A stretch of 62,656 nt of DNA, the filler included, from Porpidia crustulata (lineage: Eukaryota), in assembly GCA_964255105.1 (NCBI GenBank). It is 8 parts of 8 records of this genome, joined end to end, with 100 filler letters (N's around TTAATTAATTAA, not from the genome) between each part and the next. Parts side by side here need not be neighbours in the genome. Positions count along the whole stretch, not along the records: positions 23,565 to 31,305 come from CAXUWE010001242.1; positions 31,406 to 39,145 come from CAXUWE010001243.1; 6 more parts are not named here. One strand, given 5' to 3'. Positions 23,565 through 35,168 of the stretch are shown in pieces. The notes below the pieces were generated by a model. It searched no databases, had not been told where the DNA came from, and was given only the letters and a program-made list of their open reading frames with translations. A program made the position numbers and the translations under genes. Each line of letters begins with the position of its first letter. Position 1 is the first letter of the stretch.

Positions 23565-25396
23565 AGGTAGGGTGGGTGGGGAAAAATCCGGAGAGAGCGA
23601 GGCGGGCTATGGAGCGGAGGGCGGCGGGCACGAGAGCAGTGTTAACGTCGTAGGGGATTCGGGCGCCACCGATTCCTATACCAGTAATGTCAATAAAGAG
23701 TAGTAGAGAGTAGAGAGGATAACCTTTGGCAAGGCTGAGTTGAGTACTACGTAGAATGCCCAGCTTTTCCCCTTACATTGAAGGGAAAATTTACATACCG
23801 TAAGTACTATCACGCCACTCGCCTACGATTTCATTTGCTTTGAGGTGAGCAAGGTTCTCGATGGTCTGATTACCCTTCGCTGCGAAGCGTCCGGCGATGC
23901 CCATGATCTTTTCCGCGCTGATCAAGGCGAGTTGCCCATATGTCAGGTTATTATTTGCAGGATTGACTTTACCAGCCGGAGTCCTAAGCCCAGTGTCAGT
24001 TTCTTGAATTCGAATAAGAAGTTCGACATACTTGAGAAAAACCGAAGCTCGATTGGTGGCATTGGCGTTACTAAGGAAATGTTGATCCATGAGCACCGGC
24101 AGGTAGTAATCTGAGTCGATCTGCTACGCTTAGTATGGGTGTTACTTGAGGATTCCGGAGAAATGTACCATCTTGTAGTCGAAAAGCGGAGCTGTGCTGG
24201 TGACATTGTTCTTTTCATTGAGATATGTCGCGTAGTCCCTAAATTGTTCAATCATTTAGGGGCTACAATATCTCAGGGGAAAAGCTAGACAATGCAATGA
24301 ATTGAAGTATTTAGGACGTCGAGATATTTCATACAACAAATAAGAAATAAAGAAAGAATATAAGAAAGACTAACCCAATCGTCTCTTCATGACAGACGCT
24401 GCCATCAGTTCGGTTTATTCTTTCAAGTACAGCCCCAATGACAGCCTCAACAGCTTGATCGCTAAGTACCGGCTGCAATAGTAAAGCCGCAATCATGGAG
24501 TCTCTACCAAAGTAAGTAAGAAAACGCCAGGCACCGGCGAGCAACTTGTCAGTATACGACAAGAACGACAGTGATGTAGTCTGATCCGGTTGCTGCGTAA
24601 TTAAACCCTGAGAGGCTGTATTAAGCACAACTGAGGCGTTGAGTTGGGTTAGCTGTGGATAGTTGAAGTCGGCGTAGAAAGTATAATCTCCAGCCGTAAA
24701 GCTAAGAGTTCGATTCTGAATTGTCACCGCTGCCCCTTGAGAAGATGCCTGCGGTACGAAGCCGAAGTTGGTTGTCGTAATATTATCAAGCCATAGCCTA
24801 CTTAAGACCGCACCACCCCCTGGTAGACTCATGGCATGAATTGCGTCCTGTATCGCTGGGATCAATATAGAAGGACCCTCGGTGAAGTCACGGATTGTTC
24901 GAATACCACCAAGTAAGGGTACAGTGAGTGTAGCCGAAGCGTTAAATCGAATGATCCCGCTTACTCCAACACTTGGATACTGTGAGCCATTGGCTTTGAC
25001 GGAAACTGGCTGTAGAGTCTGGCCATTGGTAGAGTTAATTAGCTGGATTCCCAACGATCCGTTGATTCCGCTCTGTGGCGCAAAGAACGCACAGACGCCA
25101 CTGTTACCGGCAGGCCAAGCAACGATCAGACGAGGGCCAATAATGGTCAGGTTGCTGTCGGAAAGGGGCGAGGTGACTACTGCTTGGGCATCAATATGGC
25201 AGTCGGAGTAAAAGTAATTCTCATATGGAGGATCACTGAGATGAAGCGCGGTAGGAGGCGCTGAGCATGGTGACACGTCGTTACCTGGGATCAATGTTGA
25301 GACGCTGGTTCCAGGAGGCGAGGATGTAGCAGAAGAAACATGAAGTAGGAGATGTGCCGCTAGGGCAAGAACCCTAATGCGAGAAACTGAAAACAT
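23565..25396 (-). CDS. Secreted six-hairpin glycosidase-like (glycogen-debranching-enzyme-like) protein, multi-exon, 3' truncated
   Basis: Signal peptide MFSVSRIRVLALAAHLLLHVSSA, then KLLAGAWRFLTYFGRDSMI, VCHEETIG|DYA, DYKM|IDSDYYLP, VGEWRDSTYG|IGGARIPYDVNTALVPAALRSI. Many N-glycosylation sequons. Confidence 0.75.
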
Positions 25397-26244
25397 ATTC
25401 AAGCAGGTGGATGCCAATTAAAACCAAGAAACATAAGGAATGGGAGACCCTTTATTCTGCTCTGGTACCTGAGACCAATAGAGCTTGTTTAACTTGTGAC
25501 GAAATGGCGGACGGTAGGAAGATGGACGACTAAGACTGAAAAAGACAAGAGTAGCGACTCTTCTGCGGGGAAGCCAAGCAAGAAACTCTATCTGAACATC
25601 TTTCCGCTCATCCTCGTCTTCTTGAGGAAGAATCATATATGATGCGATGCCAGATAGAGTTAACCTCGCAAGATGGACGTTGTCCGAGACGAAGACATTT
25701 TAATGTTGTAGAATGGAGACATAAGGTTGGACGAGGGAGGACATTTGGTGATTCGCTTGTGGGCTGAGTAATGATGATATCTGTTAGGGGAGTTCTATCT
25801 CTCCCTCCACACCCATAATGTCTTCGAATGTGGGGGAAAAGGAGCCTAGTTGCCAAATAAATTTCAGACGTACGTTTGCTTTGAGCGTTGTGGCTTTGAA
25901 CAATTTTAGACATAGCAAGGGTGCTATGGTTCCAAATAAACACCAGGCCGTTGAATGATTCATGAGAGCCGTGGATTGCCCCTCTGTGATCGTGGATCAG
26001 GTCGGAGCACAGCGCGGCCTGCCAATAGTATGATACTAGGTTGCTCTATCAAGTAACGTGGCTCAATTGCAGCAAGTGTTCTAGAAGGGTATCGAAGCGT
26101 GCGCCAAAAACGAGAAAGACTTCCCCCAGGTACTCAATCCCACTTCCATGCTAGAAGCGCAACCTACTGGGCATATAACGTCCATCCAGTTTTCCGTCAC
26201 ACGTGAGTACAAAGCGCTAAGTATGCATCGCGTACCTTTCCCTT

Positions 26245-28149
26245 CTATACAAGAACGTAAAGCGCACACATCTTGAACTCATATTAGCTTAAGCGAAGAA
26301 TACTTAACCAAGGACAACTCACCATAGCGAGTCCAAGGATCATGGAAATCCAAAATAATACGTTCTGTTTGATTAGTTTGATTAGCTTGGAAATTCGGAT
26401 CTATAGAATGGGCTCACATTAAGTAATCTCCGGCCTCTGACAAACTTTGTCCTCTGAATCGCCACGATGGGAAGCTGCATCATTTGGGCCACGAATCCAT
26501 AACCCCGAAGCTTTTTGGTGATACATCCCATGACAAGCTCATGTCCGAAAGCACTGATGAGGAACGTGATCAAGGTTGCCATGTTGCGTGATACATGAGG
26601 TCGAGACGCCCCGTAGACATGACGACGGAGGAAGTGGTGGACTGGGATGTTCCACTCGCGAGAAAACTCAAGCCTTGAAGATTGTGAGTCCAGGCGCCAG
26701 CAAGTAATATAAGGATGATCTTACCAGTCGCAAGAGTTCCACCAGTCCGAGTAAAAGTGGCGATCAGCGAAGCACGTAATCTCCGCGAAAGCTCCCAAGA
26801 CGTACTCGAAGATGACGAGGAAAACAAGCAACAAGGTCACCATGAAGGGGAAGAGGAGCATGCTTATGGTTTCCGCCAGAATGAGGCCCTTGTCTGGCCA
26901 CCGATGGATTCGTTCGAGCTTCACAGCTGCCTCGTGGAGCACAGGCACAATGAATTCTTCACTGGTGATTGTTAGGAGAAATATGCAGCCAAAAACAGCG
27001 AGAGTCTTCCAGAATAATTCTGTCCATTGTCTTTTGTGTGTTCTTGGATATTCGAGTTCGTAACACAGTGTGGGACAGAGGACGTAGTCAAAGTAATTGT
27101 AGAGAGTGAGATTCTGGGGATATGTAACTCTGCCGAGGGGTGAGGTGAGTTCAAGGGCAAGATCTTCCCGAAGCTGGCTTAATGCCTCTTTGTCATCATC
27201 GTGCTTTTTCTCTTCTGCTGCTCGGTCCAACTCATTGAGATTTGCATTTGAGCTCGGATAGCGTACGGCTGCCGCAATCGAAGCGTTCTCTGGGGTATCC
27301 AAGGCTGATAGTCGATGCTCTGTTCTACTTAGATGGCCATTGTAAAACGCGTATGAATGCATTTTCATCAGGAAGACCAGGCTGTGCAAGGTGAAGAACA
27401 CTTGAGCTGTCCATGTCCAGTGAAGCATAAAGGGCCAACTAGCGATAGTCAGACGAGCTCGATTTTAGATATAGAAGCTTTTAACATACTTCACCCAGAG
27501 GATTGTCCACCCGCCTTGGTATAGAGCCTGAAGAGGCATACCAAAATTCTCCCAACGCAGTAACCCTTTGCTGTTCCTGAAGACTTTCTGCAACAGCATG
27601 CTCAATGCTGTGCTAGCAACCATCGCCAGGTCACTGATAGCCAGCTGCCATGTATTTGCCGTTAGGAGGGCCCAAACCCTGACCCTGAGAGGATAGCCTG
27701 TATCTTTGATGTTCCGCAGCACAGTGGTCAAGACCATAATTCCCAATCCTATCCAGAATAGCACGAAGAAGCCTCTGAAATCTTTGTATTCGCTTTTTGG
27801 ATCGAAGTGCGAGACGCGGGCAGAGTAGTCCACAGTAGGGAACAGTCGGTGCTTCTGGTTTTGTGCTCGTATTTGCTTCCGGGCTGATGAGATAGATTGA
27901 ACCGAAGGAGGCGCATCGGCAGGCAGGGGGGTGGAACGACCGCTATCCCCGGTCTCAGTCAGGTTCTCTTCTATCCTTCTAGAAGCCTCACCTTGAGAGC
28001 CCGGATGGCGGGTGGTCAGTCCCACCGTTAGGCATTAGGCCAACCTCTTCACTTTGAGCTCTGACTATTAAAGGATTTCCAGGTTTGACAGCACGAGGCC
28101 GTAGGATATGATCCGTTGCACCGTCATTTTGAGGAAAATAGGAAGACAT
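26245..28149 (-). CDS. ARE2: Sterol O-acyltransferase (MBOAT, Are1/Are2 family), about 6 exons
   Basis: FRGFFVLFW, FLMKMHSYAFYNG, PTLCYELEYPR, FADRHFYSDWWNSCDW, WNIPVHHFLRRHVY, TFLISAFGHELVM (MBOAT His), last exon MCALYVLV*. Confidence 0.93.
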
Positions 28150-28630
28150 CTTGGAAATGGTCCGTGGAGTTCAGGACTACAAGTAGCTTGTAGTAGGTGA
28201 CAACGTAGTTTAGGCAAACATTGAATGGCACAAAGCTCGATAGAATCAAGTTTTTACGGGAGACTAAGAGAGACAAGAAGTAAAGTTCTTGAACGAAAGT
28301 TAGATTGAGGCATTTCGTCTTACCTTATAAATCGTACTAGCTGTTGCGCAGTGTCAGCCAGCTGATGTTGCTCTGAAGGAAGCCAAACTCTCCGAATTGC
28401 CCGAGTCATTGGAGCCGAGGTGAACGCCGCCCTGTAAGGCGGAGCTAGTGATGTCTGAAGAGCTCAATCAAGTGAAGCAGATTGCTGCAGACCATTTCAA
28501 TCCAAAAAGTTGGCTATGATTGGAAGTAAGATTATGAACCGCCATATGCCAATACACATCGATGTGACTTGTCTGAAGCCGCTTTGAATCCCTGAAGAAA
28601 ATCACTCCGCCTGGGGTCCTTGAGGCCGCC

Positions 28631-31305
28631 ATGAGTTCCTGTGAGCTTGACGATTGGGACTCCAGTACAACTCAACGCTGATCTATGACCTAGTAAAGCA
28701 ATTTATCCGTAACGTACGCGCATCGAAAACAATCGCAGATGAGAGATCGGTCGTGCAAAAGGAAAGTGCGGCAATACGAGCAAGCTTCAGGGAGGAGAGT
28801 GGGGATGCCAATACCAGGTTCGCCGAAGACCCCGTCTGACAGTATTGGGTGTACTCAGACTGCTGCAGACGGAATAATGTCGCGAAGTTGTTGTACCTTT
28901 TTACCCTGGGCGAAAGGACACACTTTGGCCAAATAGAATGTCTCAAATTGCTGGCATCCTCGCGCTTTGCCGACAAGAGACTGGGCTATTTGGGAACGAT
29001 GTTGCTCCTAGATGAGAACCAGGAAGTGCTAACTCTGGTCACGAACTCGCTGAAAAAGTAGGAACTCATACTTCAATTTTATCTACGGTACTAACGGACT
29101 ACGTATAGTGACCTTAATCATTCCAACCAATATGTCGTCGGACTCGCTTTATGTACTCTTGGTAATATTGCTGGTATCGAGATGTCGCGAGATTTGTTTC
29201 CTGAAATCGAAAGCCTCCTGTCTACCTCAAATCCATATATTCGCCGAAAGGCTGCACTATGCGCCATGAGGATATGTCGCAAGGTTCCGGACTTACAAGA
29301 ACATTTTGTTGGCAAGGCAAAACTTTTACTTTCAGATCGAAATCATGGAGTTCTACTTTGTGGCCTTACACTTGTCACAGGAATGTGTGAGGCCGAAGAG
29401 GTCGAGGGCGGAGATGAAACGGTTGTGGAGATGTTCCGTCCTTTGGTGCCCGGCTTGGTCAGGACTTTGAAGGGATTAGCCAGCTCAGGATACGCACCAG
29501 AACATGACGTCACGGGAATAACAGACCCGTTTGTTCAGGTGAAAATTCTTAGACTCCTTCGGGTGCTTGGGCGCGGCGACGCCCATACGAGTGAGCAAAT
29601 CAACGACATTTTGGCCCAGGTGGCCACTAATACAGACTCGTCAAAGAATGTTGGAAATTCGATATTGTATGAGTCAGTCCTGACTATTCTCGATATTGAA
29701 GCGGATTCGGGATTGCGCGTACTTGGGGTTAACATCCTAGGAAAATTCTTGTCCAATAAGGATAACAACATCCGATATGTAGCCTTGAACACGTTGATCA
29801 AAGTGGTCGCTATTGAGCCCAATGCCGTACAACGCCACAGAAATACTATTTTGGAGTGTCTCCGGGACCCAGATATCAGCATCCGAAGAAGAGCACTAGA
29901 CCTCAGCTTCACCCTTATTAATGAAGGAAATGTGCGAGTGCTAATAAGAGAGCTTCTTGCCTTCCTTGAGGTAGCTGACAATGAGTTCAAACCAGTCATG
30001 ACTAGTCAAATAGGTGTTGCTGCAGATCGGTTCGCCCCGAATAAGAGGTGGCATGTAGATACCATGTTCAGGGTGTTGAAGCTGGCCGGAAATTATGTCA
30101 AAGAGCAGATTCTTTCGTCTTTTGTTCGTCTAATTGCTACAACCCCAGATCTCCAGACTTACTCGGTACAAAAACTTTACGCAGGTCTCAAGAACGATAT
30201 TACTCAAGAAGGCCTGACATTAGTAGGCACTTGGGTCATTGGCGAATACGGAGACGCCCTGTTAAGAGGCGGACAATATGAAGAGGAAGAACTAGTCAAG
30301 GAAGTCAGGGAGAGCGATATTGTTGACTTGTTCACAACGATTCTCAATAGCAGCTACTCGACCCAGATAGTTACAGAATACATCATCACCTCGGCCATGA
30401 AACTCACCACAAGACTGAACGAACAAGCTCAAATTGATAGAATACGGCGGCTTTTATCACAGCGAACTGCGAATCTCAGCGTTGAAATCCAGCAGAGATC
30501 CGTCGAATACACCAACCTCTTCGCCTACGACGACATCCGAAAGGGAGTATTAGAGCGAATGCCACCGCCTGAGATACGAGAAGAGCAGCGAGTATTAGGC
30601 GAAGCAACGCCCAAGCAGAAGAAAGCTGCTGCGAAAGCCAAAAAGGGGCCGACGAAAATCACGGAACAAGACATGCTACTAGATCTCATGGGCGGAAGTG
30701 ATGTCCCTGCTACCGATCTGAGCGCCACCATGAACGGCTCGCAGAACAACGCAGATCTCCTCGCAGATATCCTGGGCGGCAGCTCTACGACATCAGCACC
30801 AGCACAATCCTCTCAATCAAACGCAAACTCGATCATGGACCTTTTCAACACCAACAATCCCCCTGCACCCAATGGCTTCTCCTCACCCCCCCCTCAACCC
30901 CAATCCGCCTCGGCCGATTTATTCAGCGGCCTATCCTCATCAGCACCACAAGCATCTAAGCCTCCAGTTCACCAAGCGTACAGGGAAAATGACCTCTCCC
31001 TTACCCTGCAGATACAGCGGAACGCAGGCATAGCTCAAGTGCTCGCTCGCTTCCGTAACACAAGCAATTTCGATCGGTTCACGGGTGTGGGGCTGCAGGC
31101 TGCGGTGCCGAAGAGCCAGAAGCTGCAACTTAATGCTATTAGCAAGGGGGATTTGGATGGAGGCGAGGAGGCGACGCAGCAGATGAAGGTTACGGCTGTT
31201 ACCGGGGTAAGTCAATTTGGTAGTTATCTATCGTCTTGCAGTCGTTCCTCTCCAGACTACCCTTCGCTTTCTGTCCACATTCCATCCCTTCCCCTCCCTC
31301 TTTCT
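28631..31305 (+). CDS. APL4: AP-1 adaptor complex gamma subunit, last exon(s) truncated
   Basis: [66 protein letters not shown], and gamma-ear [13 protein letters not shown]. Confidence 0.97.
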
Positions 31306-31405
31306 NNNNNNNNNNNNNNNNNNNNNNNNNNNNNNNNNNNNNNNNNNNNTTAATTAATTAANNNNNNNNNNNNNNNNNNNNNNNNNNNNNNNNNNNNNNN
31401 NNNNN
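31306..31405. other. Artificial contig linker
   Basis: N44-TTAATTAATTAA-N44. Confidence 0.99.
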
Positions 31406-33161
31406 GTTTTGGAGGGATGGACGAACCTCTTTTTGCGCTTCGATCGCGCCCTCTAAGAACGTCTCCACGCCGCTTTTGAAGTCCTCGACCTTTTCCTTTT
31501 CGAATCTCTCCAGTTCCCCACGCATTAAACGGCCCATGTCTTCGAACAGCAGCCGCGCTTGGTGGCATCGCCGTTCGCCATCGCCAACATCCGCCTGCAG
31601 TTGGTTTAGTCGGTCCTGTTGTGTTTTCCCGGACGACAGTACTTTCTCCTGCGTCGCGCGCCGTTTCGACAGTTCGGTCTCGGCGCTGCGCCAGGAGTGG
31701 AAGGATTTCTGGCGCTGGGAGAAGGCGGTTTTGATGGAGGCGATGAGGCGGATGTATTCGTCAACGGTGATGCCGAGGGTGAGGACGTCTTGCTGGGCTT
31801 GACGCTCGTAGAGCTCGCGGATACGGATTTGGAGATCGGAAAGGCCTTCAAGGGGTGTAGATAGGGATACGGAGAGTTCGACTGTGGCAAGCGCGTGCAG
31901 AGAAGCGGAGAAGTCGCCGGCGGCCTCGGCGAGGGCTTTGCGCTGGATTACCACAGTGTCGATGGATTTCTGCAGGGCTTTGAGCTGATTTTCTAGAGCG
32001 TCTAGGTAGATCTTTCGCTCGTGGAACCAGTCATCGTGTTCGACGAACTTGCCGCCGCTCGCGGTACCGAAGGTCAGAGAACTAAACATGCCTTTGCTTT
32101 CGCCGAGGCCAGGTTCCTTGTGTTCACGGTGTTTGACGTCCACGTTGAAGGCATCGCTTTCGAGAAAGATCTTTAGGTCACCGTCGTGTTGGAGGATGGG
32201 ATGGGCAGCGACTTTGTTCAGCATTCTTTCCAGTGCCGATCTTCGGGATTCGACAAAATTGCTGTCGAAACGGCCGACGACTTGTTTGTCTGGGGGTGGT
32301 GGGACAACGACTCCCGGATTGTTGTTATGCAAGGAATTATAGAGCCATAAAAAATCTCTATAACGGCGGCTGGCTGAGAACTCGGGTTGTTTGTAAGCTT
32401 TAGAGCTCGTCTGGACAGACTTTAGCGTTTGACCCATACTTCAGAATCAGTATTTTGCTCTACCTTCGTCCGCACTTGGTACACAATATGACTGTTTGTC
32501 AAGTCTCCAACCTTGTGCGGGTCTCCAACAGTAATGTCAAAGCTTGGCCGTGCTGCCTGCTCGATACTAACACTTGGTTGAGTCTGCCGCCTGATATTCT
32601 CCGGCCCGCTATGGATTCCTTGAGGATGCCTCGTTTTCGAAGCTGCAGAGTGATCGCTATCGCCGAGATCTACGGAGTCCATCATACTCCTGCTCAGCGG
32701 CGACTGATTAGGAGTTTGTGCTTGGCGAGCGTTTCTGAGAGGTAATGATTGTTCTTTCAACGGGGGCGCGGGTGGATGCTCAGCTCCAAGGGCTGGAGCA
32801 TTGTCACCCAAAGGGCCCAGAGGACCTAAGGAGTCATCGACAGCTTCCAGGCGGGTAGCTTGAGCACCGACCCGGCGCGGTGTCCGCGGACCTCTGCCAA
32901 CTGGGGATCTTGGGGTGGGAGGTTGGGAAGTGGTTGAAATTTGGGAGGGCTTGGGCTTGGTGTCCGATTCTGAAATCTTCGTAAGCTACAGGGCTCATGG
33001 GCAAACGATTTGGTGTACCTGGAGGTTCTGTTGCGCCAACTTTATTAAGGTTGGCGTTCGAACTTGATCGTGAGGGAACATCTGAATTTCTCCATCAACT
33101 CTGAGAGCAAAGAACGGGAGAACGGTGGCACACCTCCCCAGGGAGAGTCTTCCGCGTCCAT
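31406..33161 (-). CDS. VPS5: Sorting nexin Vps5 (PX-BAR, retromer), last exon truncated
   Basis: MDAEDSPWG, FDITVGDPHKVGDLTNSHIVY, RRYRDFLWLY..PGVVVPPPPDKQVVGRF, BAR domain ending FEKEKVEDFKSGVETFLE. Confidence 0.95.
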
Positions 33162-34228
33162 CGCAATTAGATTCAAGATCCTTTACGCCTTAATGCCATA
33201 GATGGAAAGGGTATCATTTGATCATCAGAAGGTGACTGAGTATGATTGGGGTTTCATAGTGTGCTCTATGGGTTCCGACTGTCGGTGTTTCGGATCTCTT
33301 GCGGAAAGTTTTGGCGCTAGCAATTCATGTCCCATTGGAAAGATTTCTATCAAGCATCACAATCAACCTACGAGTCTTATTGCGACAGGCCTCACTGAGT
33401 AAAGGAGTGTCCTATGGGGTTTAATACCTTTACGATATTTTATAAATTGGCTGTTGTGCTCACCCGTACGGGAGGTGGTATCCCAAGGGTTTGTCATAAG
33501 TGAACCTATTCGAAATTATTTGGAGCTGCAAGTACGCCTGGGCATCTTCTCGCACCGCGTCAACTGTATGGTTGACAGCATGTTGACATTGAGCTTATTA
33601 ACTTGGTCGCTACTTCAATTTCTTTGGATATGCTGATGTGATTGTGGAACTGGCTCTCTAGTCATCTCAAGACTTGTAGTTAGCTCCTTGTCGACGATGA
33701 TGGAAACGATTAGTCCCCAATCATTTACTGCTTCTCGAGGATTGTATTCATGAGGGTCAAAGAGGACTGGCATAGAAACCTTTACAGATTGAGACTATGG
33801 CAATGATATCTACTGAAAAGCGGTGGGAGTATTTCCAATAATGCAAGTTTCAGGGACAGAAATGATGGTAATAGTTGAGTATGCAGGATTTGACCATATA
33901 AAGAACATGTGCGTTACTAACGGCGGTCCATTGCCACCTGTTAGTAAGAAGCAGGCTTCCAATGTCCATCCCGGGAGAACTACCGAATCGCCCATACATC
34001 TCATTCTCTGGTAGTGGATGTAGAATTTGAGGTTTCCAGGTGGACTATCAATCTCATAATTGGTGAAGAACCTAGCCTTTGGTTCAGTTAATTGGCCCCA
34101 GCCATCTCCAACGGTGCTGGCTCAACCGTATTGGATGAGAAAACGAAGACCGCGAAAAGTCTTGATGGCCGACCCCGAAGAGGAATAGAGCAGAACTGGG
34201 CTTACTCGATAGCTGGCGATCTTTCATC

Positions 34229-34882
34229 TCACCTGTCTGGTAACTCTTCCATTTCAAGCGTCTGAGGAAAGGTATTACTATTGTTGTCCTTGGCCTTCTG
34301 TTCCTCTAAAGTCTCGACAAATGCTTTCGCTTCCGTCCACAACTCTGCCTCCATCTCCTTTCCAACCTTGTTATTCCTACTGTTCAGCCACCCCACATCG
34401 ATATTGCCTGGTCCAACCCCTTTGCTGAAGTGCTTGTTGGCTTTGGCCTGCCCATTCGAAAGAAGATTCTGCGCCCCCATGATATCTGTAATCGCTGTTG
34501 AGTCGTTTGGAGCGGTTTCGGTGTCTCTTGTTGTCAGTTCTGTGGGTATGATCTCAGCTTCTTTTAAGGCATATATTTGGCGTCGTAGTCGAACGTCAAT
34601 GGCTGAGAGTAGAGAAAAGTATCTAGTAGTTGCAGATATGAAATTCTCTTTTTGCTCATGGATAGATATGGCATCCCCATCATCTGGATCGGAGGATGTG
34701 CTTTTTGTCAAAGCTTTAACGGCAAGGCCGGCAGATTCAAGTAATTTGGTCACGTCCTTGGGATGCGGTCAGCGTTATCGACCAGTGCCAGCCCAAACAC
34801 CACAGCATACTTTGTCGATATCGTTCAGTTGCTTTGTTCTATCACTAGCAGTGAACTCAACCTTTCCAGAGCCTGAAGCCAT
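34229..34882 (-). CDS. MED11: Mediator subunit Med11, 2 exons
   Basis: QLNDIDK|DVTKLLESAGLAVKAL, YFSLLSAIDVRLRRQIYALKEAEII, GNIDVGWLNSRNNKVGKEMEAELW. Confidence 0.88.
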
Positions 34883-35168
34883 TAGGAAATAATTATGGCG
34901 ATGGGAGGAGACTATTGTGCAGTTACGAGCCACGGAGCTAGACTTATGCGGGACATATCGGGGAGTCGGCGTCTGCAGCTTCCCGCGGGGCTAAACCTTA
35001 TTCTGACTGGAGAGATGCCTACTGACCTTCAATACAAATATCCCTTGTGAAAAGTACCTAGAAAGTTACACCAGTTGAACATTCTCTCGACATGTTATCT
35101 TATGTAAGCGTGCCTACTATCACAGCGATTGAATAGATGTTGTATGTTTTTCTTGAATAGAATTCCAA

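Noticed and set aside
33700..34100. Short ORFs between VPS5 and MED11
   Set aside because: About 63 aa on both strands, with no motifs or coding bias.
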